Of a stretch of DNA of 64,000 bases, positions 54,412-64,000 are shown one piece after another; the stretch's first letter is position 1; each line of letters opens with the position of its first letter. Made by a program: the position numbers and the translations under genes. Source of the DNA: Dehalococcoidia bacterium (lineage in GTDB: Bacteria; Chloroflexota; Dehalococcoidia; UBA2979). The stretch lies in contig JAIBBD010000001.1 of NCBI GenBank assembly GCA_019694855.1, positions 415-64,414 on the forward strand, given 5' to 3'. Under the pieces are notes generated by a model. That model was not told where the DNA came from. It did no database searches and was given only the letters and a program-made list of their open reading frames with translations.

Positions 54412-55779
54412 CTATGCGGCCGACTCGCTGGCGACGAGCGAGACGGTGCGCGTCGGCGCGGGGGCCAGTGCGACGCACAGGGCCGAGAGCAGTGGGCCGA
54501 CCGCGAACACCAAGAAGACGGGCGTGTACGTCCCGCTCCGGTCGAAGGCCCACCCTGCGATGATGGGCGCAACCACCCCGACCGGCATCTGCATCAGGTT
54601 CGCGAGTCCGCTGATGGTGGCGAAACGCCGCGGACCGAAGTAGTCCGCGATCGTCGCTGCCTGCAGCACCACCCAGGCGGCCTGGCCCACTGCGAAGGTC
54701 GCGTAATACAGGGGCAGGAGCCACAGCCGATCACTGGTGAGCAGCGAGAAGACGACCATCCCGAGGCCGACGAAGACGAATCCCACGCCGAATAGACGGC
54801 GTCTTCCGATGCGGTCGCCGAGCACGCCGCCGAGCGGCCGGAAGGCAATCTGACAGATCGCGAACCCCACGCCGATTGCGGTCGCGGCTCCCAGCGAGAA
54901 GCCCACGTTCTCGAGGTGCGGGATCGCATGTACGAGCCACACGTTCACCGCGCCGCCGCCGATCGCCTGCGCAAACGCGAGCAAGTAGAACGCCCGCATG
55001 TGCAGCGCCTCGGCGACGGTGGCGCCGGTCAGCTCCTTGCGGTCCCGGTTCTGTCCGTCGACCTCGCCGAGACTCGCGTCGGATGCCACTCCGTCGACGT
55101 TCAGCCCTAGGTCGGCCGGGTCGTCTCGCACGATGAAGGCAATCGGGAGCCCGATGAGCAGGATGAGCGCGGCGCAAACGACCAGAGCGGGGCGCCAGCC
55201 GGCGGCGCTGACGATGAACGCAATTCCGGGTACGAGGAAGTAGCCCGCCCCGTTGCCGGCATTGAGGACCCCGATGGCGCGGCCGCGCTTCACCGAGAAC
55301 CAGCGCATCAGCACCGCCGTGAACGCGGTGAACGACCCGATGCTTTGCCCGAGCGCGATGAGCAGGCTCGCAGCGAAGTACATCGGGATGCTCTGCGTCA
55401 CTGCGAAGAGCAGGAAGCCCGCCGCGAGCACGATGGTCCCGGCGAAGACCATCGCTCGCGGCCCAAGGCGGTCGATGACGATGCCGACAAACGGCGCGAG
55501 GAATCCCTGCTGGAAGCTCCGGATTGAGAAGCCCGCGGCGATGACTGCCGAGCTCCAGCCGAACTCGTCGCGCAGAGGCCGGATGAAGACGCCGAATCCC
55601 CATACCGAGATTGCCGAGAGCAGGAAGTTGTTGAGCGCCCCACCGAAGGTGATGTACCAGCCGTAGAACATGCGCCGCGATCCCGGCAGCGCGGCGGGCC
55701 GCGGCGACAGCGTCATTCCATCGAGCCCATCGACGTCCCCTTCCGGGCGTGAAGCAGCCGACCGCCTCTTCAGAAGCAA
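54412..55779 (-). CDS. MFS transporter (oxalate/formate-antiporter-like)
   Basis: 12 TM segments; the N-terminal FYGWYITFGG region is typical of the OFA subfamily. Confidence 0.6.
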   Translation of the reverse strand: MLLKRRSAASRPEGDVDGLDGMTLSPRPAALPGSRRMFYGWYITFGGALNNFLLSAISVWGFGVFIRPLRDEFGWSSAVIAAGFSIRSFQQGFLAPFVGIVIDRLGPRAMVFAGTIVLAAGFLLFAVTQSIPMYFAASLLIALGQSIGSFTAFTAVLMRWFSVKRGRAIGVLNAGNGAGYFLVPGIAFIVSAAGWRPALVVCAALILLIGLPIAFIVRDDPADLGLNVDGVASDASLGEVDGQNRDRKELTGATVAEALHMRAFYLLAFAQAIGGGAVNVWLVHAIPHLENVGFSLGAATAIGVGFAICQIAFRPLGGVLGDRIGRRRLFGVGFVFVGLGMVVFSLLTSDRLWLLPLYYATFAVGQAAWVVLQAATIADYFGPRRFATISGLANLMQMPVGVVAPIIAGWAFDRSGTYTPVFLVFAVGPLLSALCVALAPAPTRTVSLVASESAA

Positions 55780-55791
55780 TCCGTCGACGCG

Positions 55792-56256
55792 TCAGTACTG
55801 GCCCTTGATCACGAAGAACGATCCGCGAATGGTTCCCGCCAGTTTGGACTTCTGCCTCGCGAATTTGAAGCGCGAGGCCAGTTCTTCGGGTACCTCCATG
55901 CCATCGGAGAGCTTGAACCCCACCGCGCGCTTCCCCTGGTCGTCGAGTGCGTACATGACGTTGATCGAGAGGCCGTTCTCATAGAAGACATACGCCATGT
56001 GGAGGTTGTCGACCTGGAAGTCGCTCGCCTCGAGCGGCCGTGACGCGATGACCAGGTCGCGTTCCGTCTTCAGGATGCGATGAACCCAGTCGATCGTCTC
56101 CGCACCGTCCTCCGCCGGCACGACGCGAAAGACGTGGCTGTACTTGTTGCTGAAGTAGCGGGCCTCGTTGGCGCGCAAGCCGGCGAGCGCCTCTGCTACA
56201 GGCGATGACTCCAATCCAACGGTGGAGACATTTCTAAAGTCCACTTCGTACACCAT
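55792..56256 (-). CDS. hypothetical protein (154 aa)
   Basis: ORF starting MVYEVDFRNV. The longer track ORF overlaps the LLM gene by 32 nt, so the internal start is preferred. Confidence 0.3.
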   Translation of the reverse strand: MVYEVDFRNVSTVGLESSPVAEALAGLRANEARYFSNKYSHVFRVVPAEDGAETIDWVHRILKTERDLVIASRPLEASDFQVDNLHMAYVFYENGLSINVMYALDDQGKRAVGFKLSDGMEVPEELASRFKFARQKSKLAGTIRGSFFVIKGQY

Positions 56257-56323
56257 CGACTGCTCCCTTTCGGCGGAACCGAGCGTTCCCCGGCGGCCGA
56301 CATGCGAAGGCTCTGACGTCGAG

Positions 56324-57373
56324 CTATCGAGGCCCGACGGCGGTTCTCGGGGCATCTCGCACTTGGGCGATGTCCGCCACCAACTCGTACGAGCGCAACC
56401 GCTCCTCGTGGCTGTGCACCGTGGTCGTGATCATGAGTTCGTCGGCGTCAGTCTCCACCAGCAGCCGGGACAGTTCCTCACGGACCTTCGCGGGTCCGCC
56501 GACGATCAGGCCGGCGGAGCGCGTCTGCAGCACCAGCTGCTCGGTCGGGCTGTAGACATGGGTCGCCGCTTCCTCGGGGGTCGGGAGGCGGCCGGGCGTA
56601 CCGGTACGGAGGCGGACGAACGAGAGCGTGGAGGAGCCGGCGAGCCACTCCGCCCGCTCATCGGTTTCGGCGCAGATCACCGCCACCGCCACCATCGCGT
56701 GGGGGCGCGCCAGGGTCTCGGAGGGGTGGAAGTTCGAACGATAGGCACCCAGCGCTGGCATGGTGTTCCTGGCGCTGAAATGGTGCGCGAACGAGAACGG
56801 GACTCCGAGCCAGCCGGCGAGCTGCGCGCTGAAGTCGCTGGAGCCGAGGAGCCAGATCGCGGGCTCGTTGCCGAGGCCGGGGACAGCGGTGATGCGGCGG
56901 TAGGGGTGACCCTCCGGGAAGCGGCCAGAGAAGAACGCGAGCAGTTCCCCGAGTTGCTGCGGGAAGTCCTCGGCTGACAGGGGGTCGGTGTCCCTGCGGA
57001 GGGCATGTGCCGTGACGGGGTCGGTCCCGGGTGCGCGCCCGATCCCGAGGTCGATACGCCCGGGGTGGAGCGCCTCCAGCATGCCAAACTGCTCCGCAAC
57101 GACCAGCGGCGCGTGGTTGGGCAGCATGACGCCGCCCGAACCCACTCGAATGGAACTCGTAGCGTCCGCCACGTGTGCGATCAGCACGCCGGGGGCAGAA
57201 CTCGCGATGCCGGGCATGTTGTGGTGCTCAGCGACCCAGAAGCGCCGGTACCCGAGTGCCTCGACGTGGCGCGCGAGGTCGATCGAGTTCTTGAGGGCCG
57301 TGCCGACGTCCGAGCCGTCGGGCACATTCGCGAGGTCGAGGACGGAGAACGGCACGTGTCCGAGCGATGTCAT
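56324..57373 (-). CDS. LLM-class flavin-dependent oxidoreductase (luciferase-like monooxygenase)
   Basis: FWVAEHHN and the TIM-barrel LLM signature blocks ([12 protein letters not shown]). Confidence 0.75.
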   Translation of the reverse strand: MTSLGHVPFSVLDLANVPDGSDVGTALKNSIDLARHVEALGYRRFWVAEHHNMPGIASSAPGVLIAHVADATSSIRVGSGGVMLPNHAPLVVAEQFGMLEALHPGRIDLGIGRAPGTDPVTAHALRRDTDPLSAEDFPQQLGELLAFFSGRFPEGHPYRRITAVPGLGNEPAIWLLGSSDFSAQLAGWLGVPFSFAHHFSARNTMPALGAYRSNFHPSETLARPHAMVAVAVICAETDERAEWLAGSSTLSFVRLRTGTPGRLPTPEEAATHVYSPTEQLVLQTRSAGLIVGGPAKVREELSRLLVETDADELMITTTVHSHEERLRSYELVADIAQVRDAPRTAVGPR

Positions 57374-57621
57374 TGCGCGAGCTTACCCCAAGTATCGTCT
57401 GCCCGATCTCCGAGTAGGACGACCACGAGCGGACGGCCCCATGAGGACGGTGCTGGCCGGTCAGCGGGCGGCGGAGGGGTCCCTCGTGCGGGCGGGGGAA
57501 CGGAAGCACGGTCGCCAGGGCATTCGGGGCCGATCGCGAACGCACCGCGCAGCCGGGACTCCTCGTAGTCTGATGCCGAGCGACGCGGCCCGGTCACGCC
57601 GTCGAGTCATGCGGAGGAGCG

Positions 57622-58383
57622 ATGGAACTTCCAGCGTTCGTGGGGCTTGCGGCGGCAGCCGCGGCGGCCGGTGCGGTGAACGCCATTGCCGGCGGCGGCA
57701 CGCTGATCACCTTCCCGTCACTCCTCGCGGCAGGCTTTTCGACCAAAGTGGCGAACGTCACGAGCACGGTTGCGATCTGGCCGGGGACGGTCGGCGGATC
57801 CTTCGCCTATCGGCGCGAACTCCGTGCGAGGCGCCGCCGAGTGGTCATCCTCAGCGGCCCCAGTGTGCTGGGCGCACTCGTTGGCTCGGTGTTGCTGCTG
57901 GCGACCTCGCAGCGACTGTTCGACGCAATCGTGCCCTGGCTGATCATCTTCGCCGCGGTGCTGCTTGCCATGAATGCCCGCCTCGCAGCGTTCGCATATG
58001 CGCACCGGATCGGAGCGAACCACGAGGAGCACACGCCCGCCAGCCTGCTCATCGCCGTATTCCTGGTCGGTGTCTACGGGGGTTACTTCGGGGCCGGGAT
58101 CGGGATCCTGATGCTCGCGTTCATGGCGATTCTCGCGCCGGACGGCATCCAGCACGCCAATGCGGTGAAGGGCATGCTGGCGATGCTCATGAACTTCGTC
58201 GCACTGGTAGTGTTCTCACTCTTTGGACCGGTCCAGTGGCTGCCAGCCGGGGTGATGGCGGTGGGCGCGATCCTCGGCGGGTACAGCGGCGTGGCGCTCG
58301 CGCGCCGGCTCAACGCCACGGTGCTTCGGTTCGCGATCGTTGCGTGGGGAATCTCGCAGGGGCTCTTCTTGCTCGCTCGGTGA
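57622..58383 (+). CDS. sulfite exporter TauE/SafE (TSUP) family membrane protein
   Basis: Two internally repeated 4-TM halves with G-rich motifs (AGGGTLITFP; GGYFGAGIGILM). Confidence 0.75.
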   Translation: MELPAFVGLAAAAAAAGAVNAIAGGGTLITFPSLLAAGFSTKVANVTSTVAIWPGTVGGSFAYRRELRARRRRVVILSGPSVLGALVGSVLLLATSQRLFDAIVPWLIIFAAVLLAMNARLAAFAYAHRIGANHEEHTPASLLIAVFLVGVYGGYFGAGIGILMLAFMAILAPDGIQHANAVKGMLAMLMNFVALVVFSLFGPVQWLPAGVMAVGAILGGYSGVALARRLNATVLRFAIVAWGISQGLFLLAR

Positions 58384-58494
58384 CGGGTGGCTCCGCGAGT
58401 CCCTCGGCGAGCCTCGAGGTTCGCTTTGCAGAACGTGAGAGGGAGCCCGGCCGGGGCTCCCTCTCCGTGGATCAAGCGCGACTCGTGTGATGCC

Positions 58495-60288
58495 CTACTT
58501 GTCGAGCCAGGTCTGCCCGATCTGGACGCCCCAGTCGTAGTAGGAACTGTTGGCGCCGAGGATCGCGCCGAAACGGATTCCGCGCAGCCAGGGCTGAAGC
58601 ACCTCGAAGGCGTAGCCGTAGGGCAGGGGCGGACGGTACGCCATGTCCAGGTCGCGGTCCCAGATCTTCTTGTGAATCTCGCGGCGCTTCTTCGGGTCGA
58701 GCTCGACGGACTGCTGCGTCGCCCACTCGTCGATCTGGGGGTCCTTGAGCTGCCAGCGGTTGCCCGGAGACTTCGAGTGCATCTGGTTGTAGAAGTAGGT
58801 GTTTGCCTCGAAGCCAAGGGCGGCCCAGCCGCTCGTGGTGGCCTCCGGGAGTTTGGCGCCGACCCACTGCGAATTGAACTCGGTGTAGTCGACCTTCCCG
58901 CCTTTGAGCGTGATGCCGGCGGTGCGGAACTGGTCAACCAGCACTTCAGAGAGCCGGTCGTAGGTCGTGGAGTACGGGTAATAGATGTAGTTGATGGTGA
59001 AGTCCTTCTGCCCCGCGGCGTCGAGGAGCTGCTTGGACTTCGCGATGTCGAACTTGACCCACTGTCCGAGGTCGGTGGGCCTCTGGTCGAAGACGTAGTT
59101 CCACGGCAGGAGGTGCAGGATCTCTTCGCCGATGCCTTCGAAGAGGAAGGTGTTCACGGCCTTCCGGTCGATGGCGAGCGAGATGGCGCGCCGAACTCGT
59201 TCGTCGGCGAACTTGGGGTTCGAGAGGTTCATGCCGAAGGGCAAAATGCTGTTGGCGAGCGCGGCGAGGTTGACCTGGAGGCCATTGACCGTCTTCGTCA
59301 GCTGGTCGACCTCGGTCTTGGTCGCGACGACCGAGTACCCGTAGTCGATCTGTCCGGATCGGAAGGCGGCCAGGCGGGCGGAGGCGTCGGGCATCAGGCG
59401 GAACTCGACGCCGTCCAGTAGTGCCTTCGAGCGCCAGTAGTCGGGGTTCCTGGCGGCGGTCACGCGCTGCCCCGTGACCGCCTCCTGGAGCACCATGGCG
59501 CCGGTTCCGATGACCTTCTTGTCGATCTCGCCACTATCGACGAGGTCCTTCGGGAAGATCGTCTGGTAGCGGCTGGCGAGCGGAACCTCGAACTCCGGGG
59601 TGGGCTGCTTCATCTTGACGCGGACCGTCGAGGCGTCGGGCGCCGTGATGGAGTCGACGTTCACGTAGTACGACTGGTGCACGCCCTCCTTCGAATAGCG
59701 TTGCAGCGCGAACGCGATGTCGTCCGCGACGAGCGGGCGGCCATTGAGGGGCGCGACGTTCTGCCACTTCACGCCCTCCTGCAGCTTGAAGTTGTAGGTG
59801 AGCCCGTCGGGCGTGACCTCCCACGACTTCGCGAGTTCCGGGACGACCTCGATCTTGAAGGGGTTGGCCTCGGGGCCGGCCTTGATCGCCAGGAGCCGGT
59901 TGTAGATCAGGTTGGGCACGGTGATCGTGCCGCCGGCGGCGGACTTCGTTGGGTCGAACGTGCTGACGTCCCAGGTAGCCGCGACGCGAAGCGTGCCGCC
60001 CGACTTGGGCTGCTTGTCCGGCTCAGGGTAATTGAACGCGTACGGGAGGTTGGGGTCTTTGCGATAGCGAGGGTCATTGGCGGCGGCACTGGTGGACGAG
60101 CTGGCGGCAGTGGCCGTCGAGGTCGCTGTCTCCTTTTCGTCGTCGCCGCCGCAGCCGATCAGTGCCGCCGCGGCGAGGCCGCCGGCCGCCAGAGCGGTCC
60201 CGCGGAGCAGATCCCGGCGGCCGATGCTCGGGCGGGTCAGGTCTCGAGTGGTGGTGTCCATACGCGCTCCCTCCAGTGCGTCAATCAC
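58495..60288 (-). CDS. ABC transporter substrate-binding protein, family 5, TAT-type lipoprotein signal (third copy)
   Basis: RRDLLRGTALAAGGLAAAALIGCGG signal. Paralog of the two SBPs at 10982-15091. Confidence 0.8.
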   Translation of the reverse strand: MIDALEGARMDTTTRDLTRPSIGRRDLLRGTALAAGGLAAAALIGCGGDDEKETATSTATAASSSTSAAANDPRYRKDPNLPYAFNYPEPDKQPKSGGTLRVAATWDVSTFDPTKSAAGGTITVPNLIYNRLLAIKAGPEANPFKIEVVPELAKSWEVTPDGLTYNFKLQEGVKWQNVAPLNGRPLVADDIAFALQRYSKEGVHQSYYVNVDSITAPDASTVRVKMKQPTPEFEVPLASRYQTIFPKDLVDSGEIDKKVIGTGAMVLQEAVTGQRVTAARNPDYWRSKALLDGVEFRLMPDASARLAAFRSGQIDYGYSVVATKTEVDQLTKTVNGLQVNLAALANSILPFGMNLSNPKFADERVRRAISLAIDRKAVNTFLFEGIGEEILHLLPWNYVFDQRPTDLGQWVKFDIAKSKQLLDAAGQKDFTINYIYYPYSTTYDRLSEVLVDQFRTAGITLKGGKVDYTEFNSQWVGAKLPEATTSGWAALGFEANTYFYNQMHSKSPGNRWQLKDPQIDEWATQQSVELDPKKRREIHKKIWDRDLDMAYRPPLPYGYAFEVLQPWLRGIRFGAILGANSSYYDWGVQIGQTWLDK

Positions 60289-60484
60289 GACCGTCGCAAT
60301 ATAACCACGAGCGTGCTGCCATCAAATCCTGTGATACTGCAAACGTTATTCTCGGGCGGACTTCGGCGGAGGGACGACCGAGTCGAGGCGCTTGAATGCC
60401 GGCTGAAGCGCGCCCACGATGGGCGTTCGGCGGCCTGGCCGCCTCACGACAGTCCTCCGCGCCGCACGCAGTCGAGGAGTTCGC

Positions 60485-60991
60485 ATGTCTTTTCTCACCG
60501 ACGAGCAGCGTCACCTGGCGGCGGAGATCGCCGGGCGTTTGACCGACCGTGGCGAGACGGTCGCGGTGGCCGAGTCGACGACGGGCGGGCTCGTGTCCGC
60601 GGCGTTGCTCTCGGTGGCGGGGGCGTCCCGGTACTACGTGGGCGGCGGCGTGCTGTACACGCTCGCGTCGAGAGTGGCGCTCGCGGGGGTTCCTCGCGAG
60701 GAGTATGCGAATTACCGGGGCACCACGCCCGACTTGCTGCTCTCGCTCGCGCGCGCCACGCGGGCACGCCTCGATGCCACCTGGTGTATCGCGGAGTCAG
60801 GTCTGGCAGGGCCGACAGGCAGTCGCTTCGGCGCCCCCGCTGGGCGCACGACAGTCGCAGTGGTCGGGCCTCGCGAGCGGTCGGGGATCTTCGAAACGGG
60901 CGAATCTGATCGTGAAGCGAACATGGTGGTCTTCACCACCCTCACGCTGCGGGTCCTGCTCGATACGCTGTCGGAGGCTGCTGCCGGGTAG
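60485..60991 (+). CDS. CinA-family protein (C-terminal CinA/PncC nicotinamide-nucleotide amidohydrolase domain only)
   Basis: Begins MSFLTDEQ...; VAVAESTTGGLVSAALLSVAGASRYY is the conserved CinA C-domain block. The track ORF is extended 22 aa upstream. Confidence 0.75.
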   Translation: MSFLTDEQRHLAAEIAGRLTDRGETVAVAESTTGGLVSAALLSVAGASRYYVGGGVLYTLASRVALAGVPREEYANYRGTTPDLLLSLARATRARLDATWCIAESGLAGPTGSRFGAPAGRTTVAVVGPRERSGIFETGESDREANMVVFTTLTLRVLLDTLSEAAAG

Positions 60992-61058
60992 CCTGGTTGA
61001 ACCGGACGGCGCGCGGGTCGAACATGCACGCGTGGCGGAACCGAACGCAGAGTTCACG

Positions 61059-61484
61059 ATGCTCCGGTCCTCGGCAGTCCAATGGCTCCTCGGTCTGGCG
61101 GCCGTCTGCCTCCTCGCGCAATCCACGCTGATCCCGATCGCCGCGCCAGCGGCGGCAGCCTGGGACCCAGCCCACGCTCACCTGACCCTGAACGGCGTCA
61201 TCCCGCCCCACCGGCACGTCTTCAGTTTGGGCACGGAAGACGGACAGAAAGGGTGCGTCGTCTCCACGCCAGATCGGAGTCTGGCGAATGCCTCAACCGG
61301 CGAGGACGTCGTGTGTGCTGCGTCGAATAGCGGCGAGACGGCAACCGTGGCGCTCGCGGTCCACGCCTCCGCTCCGGCGGCGGACGTCGGCCTTGCCGGG
61401 TTCGAGTCGTCGGCCGCGCCGGCGGCGCTTCCCGGCTGGTTCGATGTCACCGCTGAGGTACAGACCCCGCCGCCGCGCGCGTAG
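61059..61484 (+). CDS. small secreted His-rich protein (candidate periplasmic copper-binding partner)
   Basis: Signal peptide, then AWDPAHAHLTLNGVIPPHRHVF (five His in 20 aa). Immediately upstream of the YcnI-like and CopCD genes. Confidence 0.35.
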   Translation: MLRSSAVQWLLGLAAVCLLAQSTLIPIAAPAAAAWDPAHAHLTLNGVIPPHRHVFSLGTEDGQKGCVVSTPDRSLANASTGEDVVCAASNSGETATVALAVHASAPAADVGLAGFESSAAPAALPGWFDVTAEVQTPPPRA

Positions 61485-61579
61485 TCCCCGCTCGAATCAT
61501 CAAGGAATGCCGCGTGCCCGGCGCGCTCGATCTGGATCGGCGCGGCGGGCGGCTGCATTGGCAGCGGAAGGACTTACGA

Positions 61580-62206
61580 ATGATCGCGCACGCTCGACTG
61601 CTGCGCGCGGCGCTGGCCGCGAGCTTGGTTGCCCTGATCGTGCTGCCTGGCGTTGCCCAGGCGCATGAAAGCCGGACCGTTGGGAAGTACTCGTTCGTCG
61701 TGGGGTGGAGCGTGGAGCCAGCCTACGAGGGACAGAAGAACGGCGTGGACCTGCGGGTGCAGGTGCCGGGCAATCCAGCGACTCCCGTCGAGGGGGTTGA
61801 GAAGACGCTCAAGGTCGAAGTAACGAACATCGCAACCGGCCAGAAGATCACGTTGCCGATCGAGGCGGTGTTCGGGACGCCGGGCCGATACATCGCGCAC
61901 ATCGTGCCCACACTGTCCGGACAGTACTCGTTCCGGTTCTTCGGGACGGTGGAAGGCAACCAGATTAACGAGACGTTCACTTCGGGCGAGAAGTTCAACA
62001 ACATCCAGAGCATCGGGGATATTCAATTCCCCGAGAAGGTGGCGCAAGTACGCGAGGTGCAGGGCGTGGCCAGCCAGGCCCAGGCGACGGCAGACGATGC
62101 CGACAGCGCCGCCTCGTCCGCGCGCACCCTCGCAATCGTCGCGATTGGACTGGCGGTGCTCTCCGGTCTCGGAGCTGGCGCTGCGGTCGCGATGAAGCGG
62201 CGCTGA
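61580..62206 (+). CDS. YcnI-like (DUF1775-type) membrane-anchored putative copper-binding protein
   Basis: Signal peptide ending ...VAQA|HESR, so the mature N-terminus is His, as in YcnI. A C-terminal TM anchor (LAIVAIGLAVLSGLGAGAAVAMKRR) is present. Confidence 0.4.
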   Translation: MIAHARLLRAALAASLVALIVLPGVAQAHESRTVGKYSFVVGWSVEPAYEGQKNGVDLRVQVPGNPATPVEGVEKTLKVEVTNIATGQKITLPIEAVFGTPGRYIAHIVPTLSGQYSFRFFGTVEGNQINETFTSGEKFNNIQSIGDIQFPEKVAQVREVQGVASQAQATADDADSAASSARTLAIVAIGLAVLSGLGAGAAVAMKRR

Positions 62207-62279
62207 TTGCGGCCAGGGATGCGGGCTGGCACGCCAGCCCGCATCTTCCTCGGATGGGTGCGTGAGACGAGGCAGGACG

Positions 62280-64000
62280 ATGAAGATTGCATCCGGCGTC
62301 CTCGCACTTCTGCTCTTGGTGGCGGCCTGTCTCGGCGTATCAGTGCCGCGAGCCGCGTACGCACATGCCAGTTTCCTCGGCTCCGACCCCGCAGCGGACT
62401 CGGTGCTGCCGACCTCACCGTCGAGAGTGACGATGCGCTTCAGCGAGGCGATGGCACCGACGGGAAGCGACGCCCAGATCGTCGACTCGTCGGGCCGCCG
62501 GGTGGACCTCGATGACGCGAAGGTGGACCCGAACGACCTGACACAAATGGCGGTCTCCGTCTCGAGGCTGGCGGACGGGACCTATACGGTCGCGTGGCAC
62601 AACGTCTCGGCCGTCGACGGGCACGGGCTCCAGGGGTCGTTCGTCTTCTTCGTGGGCAGCCGCCCGCCTGATGCGCCTTCGAGCGCCTCCACCAAGCCGC
62701 CGCTGCTCCAGTCGCGCGTGGATCCGGCGGTGCGCTGGTTCACGCTGTTCGGGGCGCTGGTCGCGACCGGCGCGATCTTGTTCGACCCGTTGATCCTGCG
62801 CTTCGCGGCCGGCCGCGAGCCACGCCGCGCGGTCACGGGAGCCCTCGAGACTGCGCGAGGGAGGATCGCGATCGTCGCGCGCGCGGGAGCCTTTGCGTTC
62901 CTCGGAGGGACGGTCGGGCAGCTCCTCTTGCAGGCGGGCATCACGGCTGGCGTCCCCGCCTATCGAGTCACGCCCGGCGACGTTGCTGACATTTTCTCCA
63001 CGGCGTGGGGCCTGCGCTGGCTGGTGCGCTTCTGCTGCCTCGTCATCGTCGTCGTGTTGATGGGTATTGAGTGGGGCGTGGAACGGCAGGGGCGGAGGCC
63101 GCGGCCGCGTTACGCATCGCTGCTGTGGGTCCCCGTCTCGCTCCTTCTTGTGGTCGCGATGGCCATGGTGAGCCTCTCGAGCCACGGTGCGGCCACGACC
63201 GACCTCGAGGTGCCCGGCGCGATCAACGATGGGCTGCACCTGGCCGCTTCGGCGCTCTGGGTCGGCGGTCTCTGTGCACTGGTGCTCACTGTCCGGGCCT
63301 TCTCGGTACTCCGCTGGGAGGAGCGGCGAGGAGTGGTGGCTGCCCTCGTGGCGCGCTTCTCCCTGTTCGCCGGGTTGAGCGTCGGGGTGTTGCTCGTGAC
63401 CGGGCTGTACTCATCGTGGTTGCAGGTCACCTCGAGGGCGGCCTTCGATACGCCGTACGGCTCAGTGCTCGCGGTCAAACTCGTGCTCGTCGCGGGACTG
63501 CTGACGCTCGGGGCGCTCAATCTGCTCTGGGTGCGGCCGCGACTGGCGCAGATCCGCGGCGAGACGTGGCTGCGCCGCCTCGTCCTCGGTGAGGTCGCGC
63601 TGGCGGTGCTCGTTGTGGTGACCGTCGCCGGGCTCACCAGTCTCGAGCCGGCCCGCCAGGTGCATTCCCGCGACGAGCAGCAGGCCGCCCTTTCGTTCGG
63701 GGAGACGGTGCAGGGCACACGTATCGGGGGGACGGTGGCACCCGGCACCGTGGGCACGAATCGCGTCGTCGTGACCGTGGCAGATCGGAACGGCGCGCCT
63801 GTGAACGACGCCTCGAACGTGCTGGTACGGTTGAAGTTCCTCGACCGCGACCTGAGCCCGATTGAGTTGACTGCGACCTCGGTGGGTGGCGGTCGATACG
63901 AGGTACCGCCGACCGTCCTCAGCATCGTTGGTGCATGGCAGATCGAGGTCGAAGTGTCTCGGCCCGGGTCGTTCGATGCACGGACGGCCTCGCGGTTCCT
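62280..64000 (+). CDS. CopC-CopD fusion copper transport/resistance protein (YcnJ-like; partial, runs off window end)
   Basis: Signal ...AYA|HASFLGSDPAADSVL (CopC with N-terminal His), followed by a polytopic CopD-like domain and the start of a further C-terminal soluble domain. No stop codon within the window. Confidence 0.7.
   Translation, partial: MKIASGVLALLLLVAACLGVSVPRAAYAHASFLGSDPAADSVLPTSPSRVTMRFSEAMAPTGSDAQIVDSSGRRVDLDDAKVDPNDLTQMAVSVSRLADGTYTVAWHNVSAVDGHGLQGSFVFFVGSRPPDAPSSASTKPPLLQSRVDPAVRWFTLFGALVATGAILFDPLILRFAAGREPRRAVTGALETARGRIAIVARAGAFAFLGGTVGQLLLQAGITAGVPAYRVTPGDVADIFSTAWGLRWLVRFCCLVIVVVLMGIEWGVERQGRRPRPRYASLLWVPVSLLLVVAMAMVSLSSHGAATTDLEVPGAINDGLHLAASALWVGGLCALVLTVRAFSVLRWEERRGVVAALVARFSLFAGLSVGVLLVTGLYSSWLQVTSRAAFDTPYGSVLAVKLVLVAGLLTLGALNLLWVRPRLAQIRGETWLRRLVLGEVALAVLVVVTVAGLTSLEPARQVHSRDEQQAALSFGETVQGTRIGGTVAPGTVGTNRVVVTVADRNGAPVNDASNVLVRLKFLDRDLSPIELTATSVGGGRYEVPPTVLSIVGAWQIEVEVSRPGSFDARTASRF

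Overview
This is a high-GC (about 70%) bacterial chromosomal segment, probably Actinobacteria or Chloroflexi/Thermomicrobia-like (TAT-type lipoprotein signals, Arg/Ala-rich proteins). It looks like core genome rather than a mobile island: there is no integrase, transposase, CRISPR array or restriction system. I call about 55 protein genes and 8 tRNAs (Gln-CUG, Glu, Phe, Gly, Leu, Gln-UUG, Asn, and one truncated tRNA at the left edge). The most notable content is a dense set of DNA-repair genes: recQ, a co-oriented lhr-ku-ligD block (non-homologous end joining plus the Lhr helicase), an MrfA/MrfB-like helicase-exonuclease pair, and cinA. A short AT-rich motif, GAAC-RGAY-GTACGT, sits upstream of both the lhr-ku-ligD operon and the mrfAB-like operon, and a related ACGTACGT palindrome sits upstream of one binding-protein gene. 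This is a candidate shared operator. Other content: an lspA-rluD-gltX-tRNA(Gln) block with ATGA stop/start overlaps; three orphan family-5 ABC substrate-binding lipoproteins with no transporter partners in the window; a flotillin with three N-terminal ~75-aa repeats, divergent from a PLA2-like secreted protein; a CoA-transferase/crotonase/amidase cluster; and a copper module (His-rich small protein, YcnI-like protein, CopC-CopD fusion running off the right edge). Many long ORFs in the track are GC-driven antisense or alternate-frame artefacts and were rejected. Coordinates for start codons that I re-assigned may be off by 1-2 nt, because indexing by hand against the sequence lines was imperfect in at least one place.
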